Origin: a bacterium
GTDB lineage: Bacteria > Hinthialibacterota > Hinthialibacteria > Hinthialibacterales > Hinthialibacteraceae
NCBI GenBank assembly: GCA_963662285.2
Contig: CAXXMV010000002.1
Location: 864,001-928,000 of the forward strand
Length of the DNA stretch: 64,000 nt
Direction: 5' to 3'
The position numbers were made by a program, and so were the translations under genes. Numbering within the stretch: position 1 is the first letter of the stretch; the number at the start of each line of letters is the position of its first letter. Below are positions 46,149-55,206 of the stretch, piece by piece. The notes under the pieces are model-generated. The model made no database searches. It had not been told where the DNA came from and worked only from the letters and a program-made list of their open reading frames with translations.

Positions 46149-47225
46149 TTAAATTACAGCTTCGCCCATACGAGTAAGCTGATCTTCCCGGACAAGGGCG
46201 TCAACCAATTCATCCAAATTCCCCTCCATCATAGATTCAAGTCGATGTAAAGTAAAATTAATTCGATGATCTGTAACCCTGTTTTGAGGATAATTATATG
46301 TACGTATTCGTTCGCTGCGATCTCCAGAACCGACCATCAGTTTTCGTTTGGAGTGTTGCTCCTCGTCTAGTTTATCTTGTTCCAAATCAAATAAACGACT
46401 GCGCAGAACCTTTAAGGCGCGGGCGCGGTTCTTGTGCTGGGATTTCTCATCCTGGCAAGTAACCACCATTCCCGTTGGAATATGAGTTATTCGCACTGCG
46501 GAGTCGGTCGTATTTACGCTTTGCCCGCCAGGACCGGATGAACGATATACATCAACGCGAATATCTTCTGCAGCGATTTGAATATCTACTTCTTCAGCTT
46601 CCGGCAGTACGGCGACCGTGGCTGCGGATGTGTGAATGCGACCGGATGTTTCCGTCTCCGGCACCCGTTGGACGCGGTGCGTGCCGCCTTCATACTGCAT
46701 TCGGGCGAAGACATTGGTTCCGCTTATCATAAAGATAATCTCTTTAAATCCTCCGAGACCGGTTGGATTGGAAGACAGGACTTCTATATTCCAATCTTTG
46801 GATTCCGCGTAACGGCTATACATCCGAAACAGGTCGCCTGCGAATAATCCTGCTTCCTCGCCTCCGGTTCCCGCCCGTATTTCTATGATGGAGTTCCGGT
46901 TGGCGTTAGGGTCTTTGGGTTTTAGATGCTCTTCAAGTCTGTTTTGCAGATCGGCGTCTCGCTCTTCCAGTTCGGCTAGTTCTAACTGGGCCATTTCAAT
47001 CATGTCAGGATCGTCTGATTTTAAAAGACCGTTGACATCCTCAATCTCTTTTTGCAGTTGCATCCATTCCCGGTAATCATGAATGATGGGAATGATCTCT
47101 GAGTGTTTGCGGCTTAATTCAGCCATTCGTTCGCGATTAGACATAACCGAAGTATCACTTAGTTGAGTTTCGATATCTTCGCATCTGCTAACGATTTCTT
47201 GAAGTTTTTTTTCAAATTTTATCAT
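46149..47225 (-). CDS. prfA: Peptide chain release factor 1
   Basis: [20 protein letters not shown] (PxT), [17 protein letters not shown]. Confidence 0.97.
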   Translation of the reverse strand: MIKFEKKLQEIVSRCEDIETQLSDTSVMSNRERMAELSRKHSEIIPIIHDYREWMQLQKEIEDVNGLLKSDDPDMIEMAQLELAELEERDADLQNRLEEHLKPKDPNANRNSIIEIRAGTGGEEAGLFAGDLFRMYSRYAESKDWNIEVLSSNPTGLGGFKEIIFMISGTNVFARMQYEGGTHRVQRVPETETSGRIHTSAATVAVLPEAEEVDIQIAAEDIRVDVYRSSGPGGQSVNTTDSAVRITHIPTGMVVTCQDEKSQHKNRARALKVLRSRLFDLEQDKLDEEQHSKRKLMVGSGDRSERIRTYNYPQNRVTDHRINFTLHRLESMMEGNLDELVDALVREDQLTRMGEAVI

Positions 47226-47691
47226 CTTTAATCCATATCTGTACGGTTCCTGCTTTTACATCATTTAATTCATATACACTCTATTCTGTTCATCACGAAA
47301 ATCATAGTCATATTCTAAATTATTGATCTATTAAATGGAAATGATTTCTTGTTAAAAATTCCATGATATTTACGTTTAAGCGCTTCATATATAGTCCGTG
47401 AGGATTTATCGCTGATTTTTTTTGATAGTGACCAGCAACAAATTCAGGGAATTTCCGAAACACATTTTCACGATTAATATTGCATATTTTTTATTGAATA
47501 TATCATCTCTAATTTAAAATTATTATTGCTTGACAAATTAATTCTTCGATAAACCATTGCCATACATCTTCAAAATCGATAAAAACGATGTATAAATATT
47601 CTTGATGCGCCCATACCATTAAGGGTTTTATGGGCAATCTATAATCTAGATTCAAAATACTATACTAAAACGGCTAGGCAGGAAAAGAACT

Positions 47692-50415
47692 ATGGTTAAA
47701 CAGAATGTGTATTTCTTTGGCAACGGCAAAGCAGATGGCGCTGCAGCAATGAAGAATTTGCTCGGCGGCAAGGGCGCGAACTTGGCGGAAATGTCAAAAC
47801 TCAAAGTACCCGTCCCCGCTGGTTTCACGATCACTACGGAAATGTGCACTGAGTACAACAAAAATAAGGGTAAATACTCACCGGCTTTCAAAAAAGAAGT
47901 TGCAGCTAATCTTGCCAAAGTCGAAAAAGTTATGGGCAAGAAATTTGGCGATTCCAAGAATCCTCTTCTTCTTTCAGTTCGTTCCGGTGCGCGTAGCTCC
48001 ATGCCCGGTATGATGGAAACCATCCTGAATGTTGGCTTGAATGAAACCACTATCGAAGCAATCACCAAAAAAACCGGCAATCCTCGTTTCGTATGGGATT
48101 CTTATCGTCGTCTGATTCAGATGTACGCCGATGTCGTTATGGAAAAAGCCGCAGGCTTCGAACCAGAAGATGGCATGGGAATCCGGCCTCAGTTGGATGA
48201 GGAACTGGAAAAAATGAAAGAATCCCGCGGTATTAAGCAGGATTGCGATCTGACTGCTGAAGATCTTCAGGAATTAGTGAAAATCTATAAAGCGAAAATC
48301 ATAAAAGTCCTTAAAACACCCTTCCCGGATGATCCCGAACAGCAGTTGTGGGGTTCCATCAACGCAGTTTTCCAGTCCTGGAACGGAAAACGCGCTATAT
48401 CCTACCGACAGATCGAAGGCATCCCTGAAGAATGGGGCACAGCGGTTAACGTTCAATCAATGGTATTCGGCAATATGAGCAATGACTCAGCTACCGGCGT
48501 TGCTTTTACCCGTAACCCGGCCACTGGTGAAGACTGGTTCTACGGCGAATGGTTGGCCAATGCCCAGGGCGAAGATGTTGTCGCCGGTCTACGTACTCCC
48601 AACCCGATAAACAAAAAAGGCAAAACCGAACAGAGTAGACACCTTAAATCCCTTGATGAAATAATGCCTAAACTTTACAAAGAGCTTGATGGCATTCAGC
48701 AAAAACTGGAAAAGCACTACAAAGACATGCTCGACATCGAGTTTACCATTGAAGAAGGCAAACTATGGATGTTGCAATGCCGCGTTGGTAAACGTAATGG
48801 TCCAGCCGCTGTTCGCATGGCAGTTGAAATGCACAAATCAAAGATGATCAACGCCAAAACTGCTGTTCTTCGCGTGACGCCTTCTCAGTTGGACGAGCTG
48901 CTTCACCCCATCGTCGATCCATCTATAGAAAAGACTACCGCCGTCTTCGCTAAAGGTTTGCCAGCCGGTCCTGGCGGCGCCTGCGGCCAGATCGTCTTTT
49001 CGGCTGATGCTGCTGTTGAATGGGAGAAAAAAGGTAAAACGGTTGTCCTGGTTCGCACCGAAACCAATCCGGAAGATGTTTCAGGCATGCGTGCTGCTAT
49101 TGCTATTCTTACCGCCCGCGGTGGTATGACAAGCCACGCTGCTCTGGTCGCCCGTGGATGGGGCAAATGCTGCATCGTTGGCGCTGGCGCACTGGACATC
49201 AATTACAAAACCAAGACCATTACTGCTGGTGATGTTACATTGAAAGAAGGCGATTTCATTACTCTTAACGGATCAAAAGGTTATGTCTATAACGGTCAAC
49301 TGCCTTTGATCGATTCAGGAAAGAGCAATAAATACTTTGAAGCCTTCATGAAGATTTGTGATTCAATCCGTAAACTCAAAGTTAGAACAAATGCTGAAAC
49401 TCCTGAAGATGCTAAAATCGCTATACAGTATGGCGCTGAAGGCATCGGCCTATTCCGCACCGAACATATGTTCTATGGCGAAGGCTCCGAACAACCGCTT
49501 TCAAAATTGCGCAAAATGATCATGTCCAAGGATGTTACTGAGCGCAAGAAAGCTTTGAAGGAACTCTATCCTTTCCTTAAGAAAGATATCAAAGCAACTC
49601 TTTCCACTATGAACGGAATGCCTGTTACTTTCCGTCTGCTCGATCCTCCTCTGCATGAATTTGTTCCACAGGAAAAAGCAGAAATTGCGAAACTTTGCAA
49701 AGAGTTGGGCATTACTACGGCGGAATTTCAGAAACGCTCAGATATTCTTCATGAACTCAACCCCATGATGGGACATCGCGGCGTTCGTCTTGCCATCACT
49801 TATCCGGAAGTTGCTGAAATGCAGATTCGCGCGATTCTTGAATCATCCGCCGAATTGATTAAAGCCAAAAAGAAACCTCTGCCAGAAATCATGATTCCGG
49901 TTGTTTGCGGAGTAGGCGAATTAGTAGAAATGAAAGCGCTCTGCGAGAGCGTCTATAAAGATGTTCTGGAAAAATCCAAACTGAAAAAGATTCCTTACAT
50001 GTTTGGAACCATGATCGAGATTCCCCGCGCTTGCCTGGTCGCTGATAAGATCGCTGAAGTTGCTGAGTTCTTCTCCTTCGGAACCAACGACCTTACTCAG
50101 ATGGGCTTTGGATTCAGCCGCGACGATATCGGCGGTTTCCTGACCGATTATATCGAACAAGGCATCCTGCCTGACGATCCTTTCCAGACGATTGATCAGG
50201 AAGGCATCGGCGAACTTATCGAAGTTGCTGTTGAGCGTGGCCGCAAGGGACGCAAAGGCATCAAACTGGGCATCTGCGGCGAACATGGCGGCGAGCCGGC
50301 TTCGGTTGAATTCTGCCACCGCACTGGCCTGGAATACGTATCCTGCTCACCTTACCGAGTACCCATCGCCCGTCACTCCGCTGCTTGCGCCGTGGCCCGC
50401 GAAACAAAGAAATAA
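47692..50415 (+). CDS. ppdK: Pyruvate, phosphate dikinase
   Basis: LGGKGANLAEM, SVRSGA, GGMTSHAA phospho-His motif, SFGTNDLTQ, GICGEHGG. Confidence 0.97.
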   Translation: MVKQNVYFFGNGKADGAAAMKNLLGGKGANLAEMSKLKVPVPAGFTITTEMCTEYNKNKGKYSPAFKKEVAANLAKVEKVMGKKFGDSKNPLLLSVRSGARSSMPGMMETILNVGLNETTIEAITKKTGNPRFVWDSYRRLIQMYADVVMEKAAGFEPEDGMGIRPQLDEELEKMKESRGIKQDCDLTAEDLQELVKIYKAKIIKVLKTPFPDDPEQQLWGSINAVFQSWNGKRAISYRQIEGIPEEWGTAVNVQSMVFGNMSNDSATGVAFTRNPATGEDWFYGEWLANAQGEDVVAGLRTPNPINKKGKTEQSRHLKSLDEIMPKLYKELDGIQQKLEKHYKDMLDIEFTIEEGKLWMLQCRVGKRNGPAAVRMAVEMHKSKMINAKTAVLRVTPSQLDELLHPIVDPSIEKTTAVFAKGLPAGPGGACGQIVFSADAAVEWEKKGKTVVLVRTETNPEDVSGMRAAIAILTARGGMTSHAALVARGWGKCCIVGAGALDINYKTKTITAGDVTLKEGDFITLNGSKGYVYNGQLPLIDSGKSNKYFEAFMKICDSIRKLKVRTNAETPEDAKIAIQYGAEGIGLFRTEHMFYGEGSEQPLSKLRKMIMSKDVTERKKALKELYPFLKKDIKATLSTMNGMPVTFRLLDPPLHEFVPQEKAEIAKLCKELGITTAEFQKRSDILHELNPMMGHRGVRLAITYPEVAEMQIRAILESSAELIKAKKKPLPEIMIPVVCGVGELVEMKALCESVYKDVLEKSKLKKIPYMFGTMIEIPRACLVADKIAEVAEFFSFGTNDLTQMGFGFSRDDIGGFLTDYIEQGILPDDPFQTIDQEGIGELIEVAVERGRKGRKGIKLGICGEHGGEPASVEFCHRTGLEYVSCSPYRVPIARHSAACAVARETKK

Positions 50416-50455
50416 ACAATAATCGGAAGAATCCGGTTATGATATGAAAAGTTAA

Positions 50456-50491
50456 CGGGGAAAATCCTGCAAGGATTTTCCCCGGTTTTTT
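50456..50491 (+). terminator. Intrinsic terminator after ppdK
   Basis: CGGGGAAAATCCT-GCA-AGGATTTTCCCCG followed by a T tract. Confidence 0.8.
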
Positions 50492-50525
50492 GTTAATAGA
50501 AATTATCTTTATTATTCAAAGCACA

Positions 50526-50609
50526 GTAGGGGCGCACCATCGTGGTCGCCCGATTATTAATATGCCTATGATTGCATAATCCGGGCGCCCCACAAGAGGC
50601 GCACCCTAC
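50526..50609. repeat. GTAG-type REP doublet
   Basis: GTAGGGGCGCACCATCGTGGTCGCCCG ... CGGGCGCCCCACAAGAGGCGCACCCTAC. Confidence 0.85.
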
Positions 50610-50631
50610 GCAAATCACATGATCATCTGGA

Positions 50632-52053
50632 TCACATCTTCTTCCAGCGCAACAGGCGAACGCCCGCTTTGGCCTTGCGGTAGAATTCTTCAAAACTTCC
50701 CACGGCCAGCATACGCTTGATCAAGTATCCCGGACGCATATAAAACCGCTTGTAACCCGAGCGCATGATCTCTATCAATTCCTCGCGTGAGAGTATTTGA
50801 TCCCAAACCCGTGGGGCGAATCCCGGTTGGGGATCACGGGCGAATTTCTGCCAGAAATCGTGATCGTAAAATCCATTCTGCAAACCCCAGCGGTACAGTT
50901 CCGTACTTGGGAAAGGCGTGGTGATGGCGATATGCACGAAATCAGCGGCTATTGAACAGGCGAATTTGAGCGTATCTTCGATCTGCTCCGGCGTCTCATC
51001 GGGGAAACCAATCATGAAATAGCCCAGGGTTGATATGCCGTGGTCACGCGTCATCTGGAAAACTTCTTTGGTGCGATCCAGTTTAATGCCTTTTTTTATC
51101 AGTTTCAGTATATCCTGGTTGCCCGATTCAACGCCATAATGAATCCGGCTGCAACCCGCTCCGGCAAGAGCTTCCAGCACCTCTTCGTCAATGGTGTTGA
51201 TATGCGCCCGGATATCCCAACTGATGTTGATCTTGTTCTCAATTATGGCCCGGCAAATATCCAGCACCCGGTCTTTGCGTATCGAGAAAGTATCGTCATA
51301 TACAAAAATCTCACCGATGCCCATATCGCTGCATAACTGCATCTCCTTAATCACGCTCTCCGCGCTGCGATAGCGGAACTTTTTACCCAAATGAGGCCGG
51401 TCGCAATAAATGCATTTCATCGGGCATCCCCGGCTGGTCATCATTGTGGTGATGGGATTTCTTTTGGCCAGTACCGAATAATAACGATCCTGGGGTACAA
51501 GATGACGAGCGGGCATAGGCAATCTGTCTAAATCTTCAATCAACGGCGGACAATCGTTCAAATGTACTATGCCATTTTTTTTGTAACCCAATCCATTTAT
51601 GTTGTTTAGGTCGCCGTTGCCGCCTATTGCTTCGATCAGGCCGCTGAAACTCTCTTCCGCCTCTCCACGAATTATGAAATCCACTTCAGGAATTTGCAGC
51701 GTCTCTTCAGGATAAATGAAGACATGGGGGCCGCCAATTACCACTTGGATGGCAGTATCAATACGCTTGACGGTTTTCGCCGTGATTATAGTATCTATCA
51801 GAGTGAACGTCGTAGCCTGGATGCCGACCAGATCAGGTTTTCTTTTTCGTATCTCATCTTCCAGTTGTTCATAACTGAATCGCTCTGCGGGACAGTCCAG
51901 CACCTCAATTTGGCTGGAGGTTCCCTGTTCAGCGAAACTGGCGACATAAAGCAGACCGAGGGGTGGATAAATGCCACTCTCTTCATCTACTACTGACGGA
52001 ACGTTAGTAGTAATCATATTGTGTTCTGGAGGCTGTATAAGTAATACTCGCAT
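50632..52053 (-). CDS. B12-binding domain radical SAM protein
   Basis: Start MRVLLIQPP; PPLGLLY, GGPH, TSRGCPMKCIYC, YGVESG. Confidence 0.92.
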   Translation of the reverse strand: MRVLLIQPPEHNMITTNVPSVVDEESGIYPPLGLLYVASFAEQGTSSQIEVLDCPAERFSYEQLEDEIRKRKPDLVGIQATTFTLIDTIITAKTVKRIDTAIQVVIGGPHVFIYPEETLQIPEVDFIIRGEAEESFSGLIEAIGGNGDLNNINGLGYKKNGIVHLNDCPPLIEDLDRLPMPARHLVPQDRYYSVLAKRNPITTMMTSRGCPMKCIYCDRPHLGKKFRYRSAESVIKEMQLCSDMGIGEIFVYDDTFSIRKDRVLDICRAIIENKINISWDIRAHINTIDEEVLEALAGAGCSRIHYGVESGNQDILKLIKKGIKLDRTKEVFQMTRDHGISTLGYFMIGFPDETPEQIEDTLKFACSIAADFVHIAITTPFPSTELYRWGLQNGFYDHDFWQKFARDPQPGFAPRVWDQILSREELIEIMRSGYKRFYMRPGYLIKRMLAVGSFEEFYRKAKAGVRLLRWKKM

Positions 52054-52223
52054 AAAAAAATACCTGATTTTATTTGTGAAAAAATTAAGTTCAGTATGAT
52101 TATAGATGGATTTTGTTTTGTTGATACTGGCTGATTTGTTCTCATTTAAGCGCTTGACGCTTCGCCAGACCAATAAGTTGAGGTAAACTTCTCTTTTATT
52201 ATTTCGTTGGAGGCTATAAAAAA

Positions 52224-53522
52224 ATGATCGAACGGTATACGCGGGAAGCAATGGGAAATATCTGGAGCGATCAGTTTCGTTTTGAAACATGGCTCAAGGT
52301 CGAAATCGCGGCTTGCATCGCTCATAATCGTTTAGGAGTCGTGCCTGACGATGCTTTGGAAGAAATTAAGACCAAGGCCAAATTCGAGATCGAACGCATT
52401 CACGAAATCGAAAAGACCGTTGATCATGAAACCATCGCATTTCTGACAAATGTCGCCGAACATGTCGGTCCCGCCTCCCGCTATATCCATTATGGCATGA
52501 CCTCATCGGATAAATTGGATACTGCTACCGCCCTGCAACTGGTAGCGGCCGCCGATCTGCTGCTTGATGGGCTAAAACAACTACATCAGAGCGTCGGCGT
52601 CGTTGCTAAAAAACACAAAAACTCCGTCATGGTAGGGCGTACGCATGGCGTCCATGCTGAGCCAATAACCTTCGGTTTGAAAATGGCTATTTTCTATGAA
52701 GAACTGGGGCGCCAGTTAGTCCGCATGGCGAGCGCTAAAGAGACCATCCGCGTCGGGAAAATGTCCGGCGCTGTGGGAACTTTCTTCCATATCGATACCC
52801 GCGTCGAAGAGATTGTCTGTGAAGAATTAGGCCTCAAGCCGGCGCCGGTCAGCAATCAGATCATTCAACGCGACCGCCATGCTGAATTTTTAGCGGCTAT
52901 AGCAAATGTTGGAGCAACTTTAGAAAAAATGGCGCTGGAAATCCGCGGATTGCAAAAAACTGAAATACGCGAAGTCCAGGAACCTTTTCCTCCAGGGCAA
53001 AAAGGCTCGTCCTGCATGCCGCATAAAAAGAATCCCAACCTATGTGAACGCATCACCGGATTGGCCCGCCTGCTGCGCAGTTACGCCATGACTGGTTTTG
53101 AAAATGTGGCTCTGTGGCACGAACGCGACATCTCCCACTCATCAGTCGAGCGCGTCTCTTTGACTGACGCCTGCGTCCTGCTCGATTATATGATGGCCAA
53201 AATGAATTGGATCATCGAAAACCTGGTTGTCGATACAGAGCGCATGAAAAAGAATATTGAATCTTCCAATGGCGTGGTCTTCTCACAAAAAGTCCTTCTG
53301 CTTCTGGCTATGAAGGGCATGTCGCGTGAAGATGCATATAAAATAGTCCAGGATTGCGCCATGAAAGTATGGGATACCGACATACAACTAGTAGATTCTC
53401 TCAAAGAAAACCAGGAACTGAAATCACTTGTTACCAATCAGGAGATTGAAGAATGCTTCAGTCTGGATGGTCTATTAAAGAATGTAGATTTCGTCTTCGA
53501 CCGCATCGGGCTTAATTCATAA
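52224..53522 (+). CDS. purB: Adenylosuccinate lyase
   Basis: MIERY, HYGMTSSD, GRTHGVHAEP, GSSCMPHKKNP, LWHERDISHSSVER. Confidence 0.97.
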   Translation: MIERYTREAMGNIWSDQFRFETWLKVEIAACIAHNRLGVVPDDALEEIKTKAKFEIERIHEIEKTVDHETIAFLTNVAEHVGPASRYIHYGMTSSDKLDTATALQLVAAADLLLDGLKQLHQSVGVVAKKHKNSVMVGRTHGVHAEPITFGLKMAIFYEELGRQLVRMASAKETIRVGKMSGAVGTFFHIDTRVEEIVCEELGLKPAPVSNQIIQRDRHAEFLAAIANVGATLEKMALEIRGLQKTEIREVQEPFPPGQKGSSCMPHKKNPNLCERITGLARLLRSYAMTGFENVALWHERDISHSSVERVSLTDACVLLDYMMAKMNWIIENLVVDTERMKKNIESSNGVVFSQKVLLLLAMKGMSREDAYKIVQDCAMKVWDTDIQLVDSLKENQELKSLVTNQEIEECFSLDGLLKNVDFVFDRIGLNS

Positions 53523-53553
53523 ACCTCGATGCAATTAACTCACTAATGAAAAG

Positions 53554-53584
53554 AAGCCCCCGCTTAATAATAAGTGGGGGCTTT
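53554..53584 (+). terminator. Terminator hairpin after purB
   Basis: AAGCCCCCGCTTA-ATAA-TAAGTGGGGGCTT. Confidence 0.7.
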
Positions 53585-53639
53585 GATATATATTCTGATA
53601 CTTTCTATAACCCAAAACCTGTCCCCTCTCCCGCCGGGA

Positions 53640-55146
53640 TGTACAGACCGGGTAGATGGGTAACACATGTTCGGGGACATGGGTTACAGTTTTTTATCAA
53701 AACCGGGATTTATCCCAGGTTATTGTTTGAGTTTTTTTTTAGGCATCTAGAGATGCTCAGGATAATTGGTTGGCTTAGAGGGAGGAGGTGAATATTTCAC
53801 CTCCTGCATTATCCCTCGCACCTCGGATCGGCTATCCCTGGCGGGTTGCACTCCTGCAGCGCCCGCTTCCGTTTCGCCCAACCAATTTCTATTGTGACGC
53901 CTTTTTCTGGATTGCCAAGTTATCTTCTTTGATTTCATTCAAACGCAGATCGAGCGTCTTGATTTTTTGTCGGCAAAAATATACGTCCATCATCCCATCG
54001 GTCATAGCGGGTTTCAAGGCAACCGGGCATCCTACCAGGGCGCGGCTCACCCGGTAATCTTCACCACGGTACGCCACCCGACCTCCTTGTTGCACCTTCC
54101 TGATAATGCTGCCCGGCGCGTACTCGATATCCGGCAAACTTCCCGGATAAACAAAAGGACTGGACGTATAATGGTTAGCCGGGACATCCATATCCAGGGC
54201 TTCGTGAGGACGCTCAAAATTGTATTCATAACGCCACTCATCAAACCGCCTTTGGCAATATTCCAAATCCACAAACGATTCCCTTATCAGCAATTCTTGC
54301 TTAAAGGTCCGGTGAAATCGCTCGACCTTGCCTTGGGTTTGCGGATGGTAGGGGCGACCGTGATACACGCGAATACCCAATCGTATCAGCCATATTGTCA
54401 ATCTGGTGTATTCGCAGGTTTTGCATCCTCCCCACGGACTTCCGTTATCCATCAACATCGCCCGAGGCATACCATACATCCTGAACACGCTTTCCAGGGA
54501 GTCTTGCACGGTTTCCCTTTGCTGATTGGCGCACGAAAATAATCCGGGAACAAAGCGCGTGCAATCATCCAGAATGCTGAGCGGATAACAGCGTGCTTTG
54601 AGCGTGGGAAAATCTCCTTTGAAATCCATTTGCCACAATTCGTTGGGCGTATCTTTTTCAAAACGCTTATAGGCTTTGTGCTTGTGACTTTCCTTTTCAT
54701 CCAGCAATCCCAGTCGGCGTAACACGGCAGTAATAGTGCTGGCGCTAGGAACATTTTCGTATCCCAATTGAATCAGACGAGAGCGAATTTTGCGTCCTCC
54801 CCATCCTTTTTCGCGATTTTCTGTAATGGCTTGCTCGATAGACTTATCTGTTTGATGAGGGCAAGTATTGGGTTTTTTGGAACGGTCTTGGAGATTTTCG
54901 ACTCCTCCTTCTTTGTACCGTTTGATCCATTTGTAACCCGTCTTACGGCTGATATCAAACCGTTTACATAATTGGCTGATGTTGCTTTCTTCTTGCTGGC
55001 TCAACAATACGAATTCTTTTCTCAGAGACATAAGGTCCACCTCGTTCCAGGGCATATTCTTCGCCTCCTTTCAAGGCTAGAATACACTCAGAAAATGTGT
55101 TACCTATGTCCCCGAACACCTGTTACCCATGTCCCAGGCCTTTACA
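53640..55146 (-). mobile_element. Complete IS481-family insertion sequence (1507 bp) inserted in a CCCTCTCCC hairpin repeat
   Basis: TGT...ACA ends each with two GGGACATGGGTAACA-like repeats; 9-bp flanking repeat CCGCCGGGA / CCACCGGGA. Confidence 0.93.
53889..55055 (-). CDS. IS481-family DDE transposase
   Basis: MPW start, ISRKTGYKW HTH, WQMDFKG, MDNGSPW, PYHPQTQGKVERFHRT, YNFERPHEAL. Confidence 0.95.
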   Translation of the reverse strand: MPWNEVDLMSLRKEFVLLSQQEESNISQLCKRFDISRKTGYKWIKRYKEGGVENLQDRSKKPNTCPHQTDKSIEQAITENREKGWGGRKIRSRLIQLGYENVPSASTITAVLRRLGLLDEKESHKHKAYKRFEKDTPNELWQMDFKGDFPTLKARCYPLSILDDCTRFVPGLFSCANQQRETVQDSLESVFRMYGMPRAMLMDNGSPWGGCKTCEYTRLTIWLIRLGIRVYHGRPYHPQTQGKVERFHRTFKQELLIRESFVDLEYCQRRFDEWRYEYNFERPHEALDMDVPANHYTSSPFVYPGSLPDIEYAPGSIIRKVQQGGRVAYRGEDYRVSRALVGCPVALKPAMTDGMMDVYFCRQKIKTLDLRLNEIKEDNLAIQKKASQ

Positions 55147-55206
55147 CCACCGGGAGAGGGCAGGGTGAGGGCGAAATAGCGAATACTTAAGTTATCATTT
55201 AACCAC

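Noticed and set aside
52054-52290. N-terminal extension of the radical SAM ORF overlapping purB
   Set aside because: AT-rich promoter sequence; family similarity begins at MRVLLIQPP (52053)
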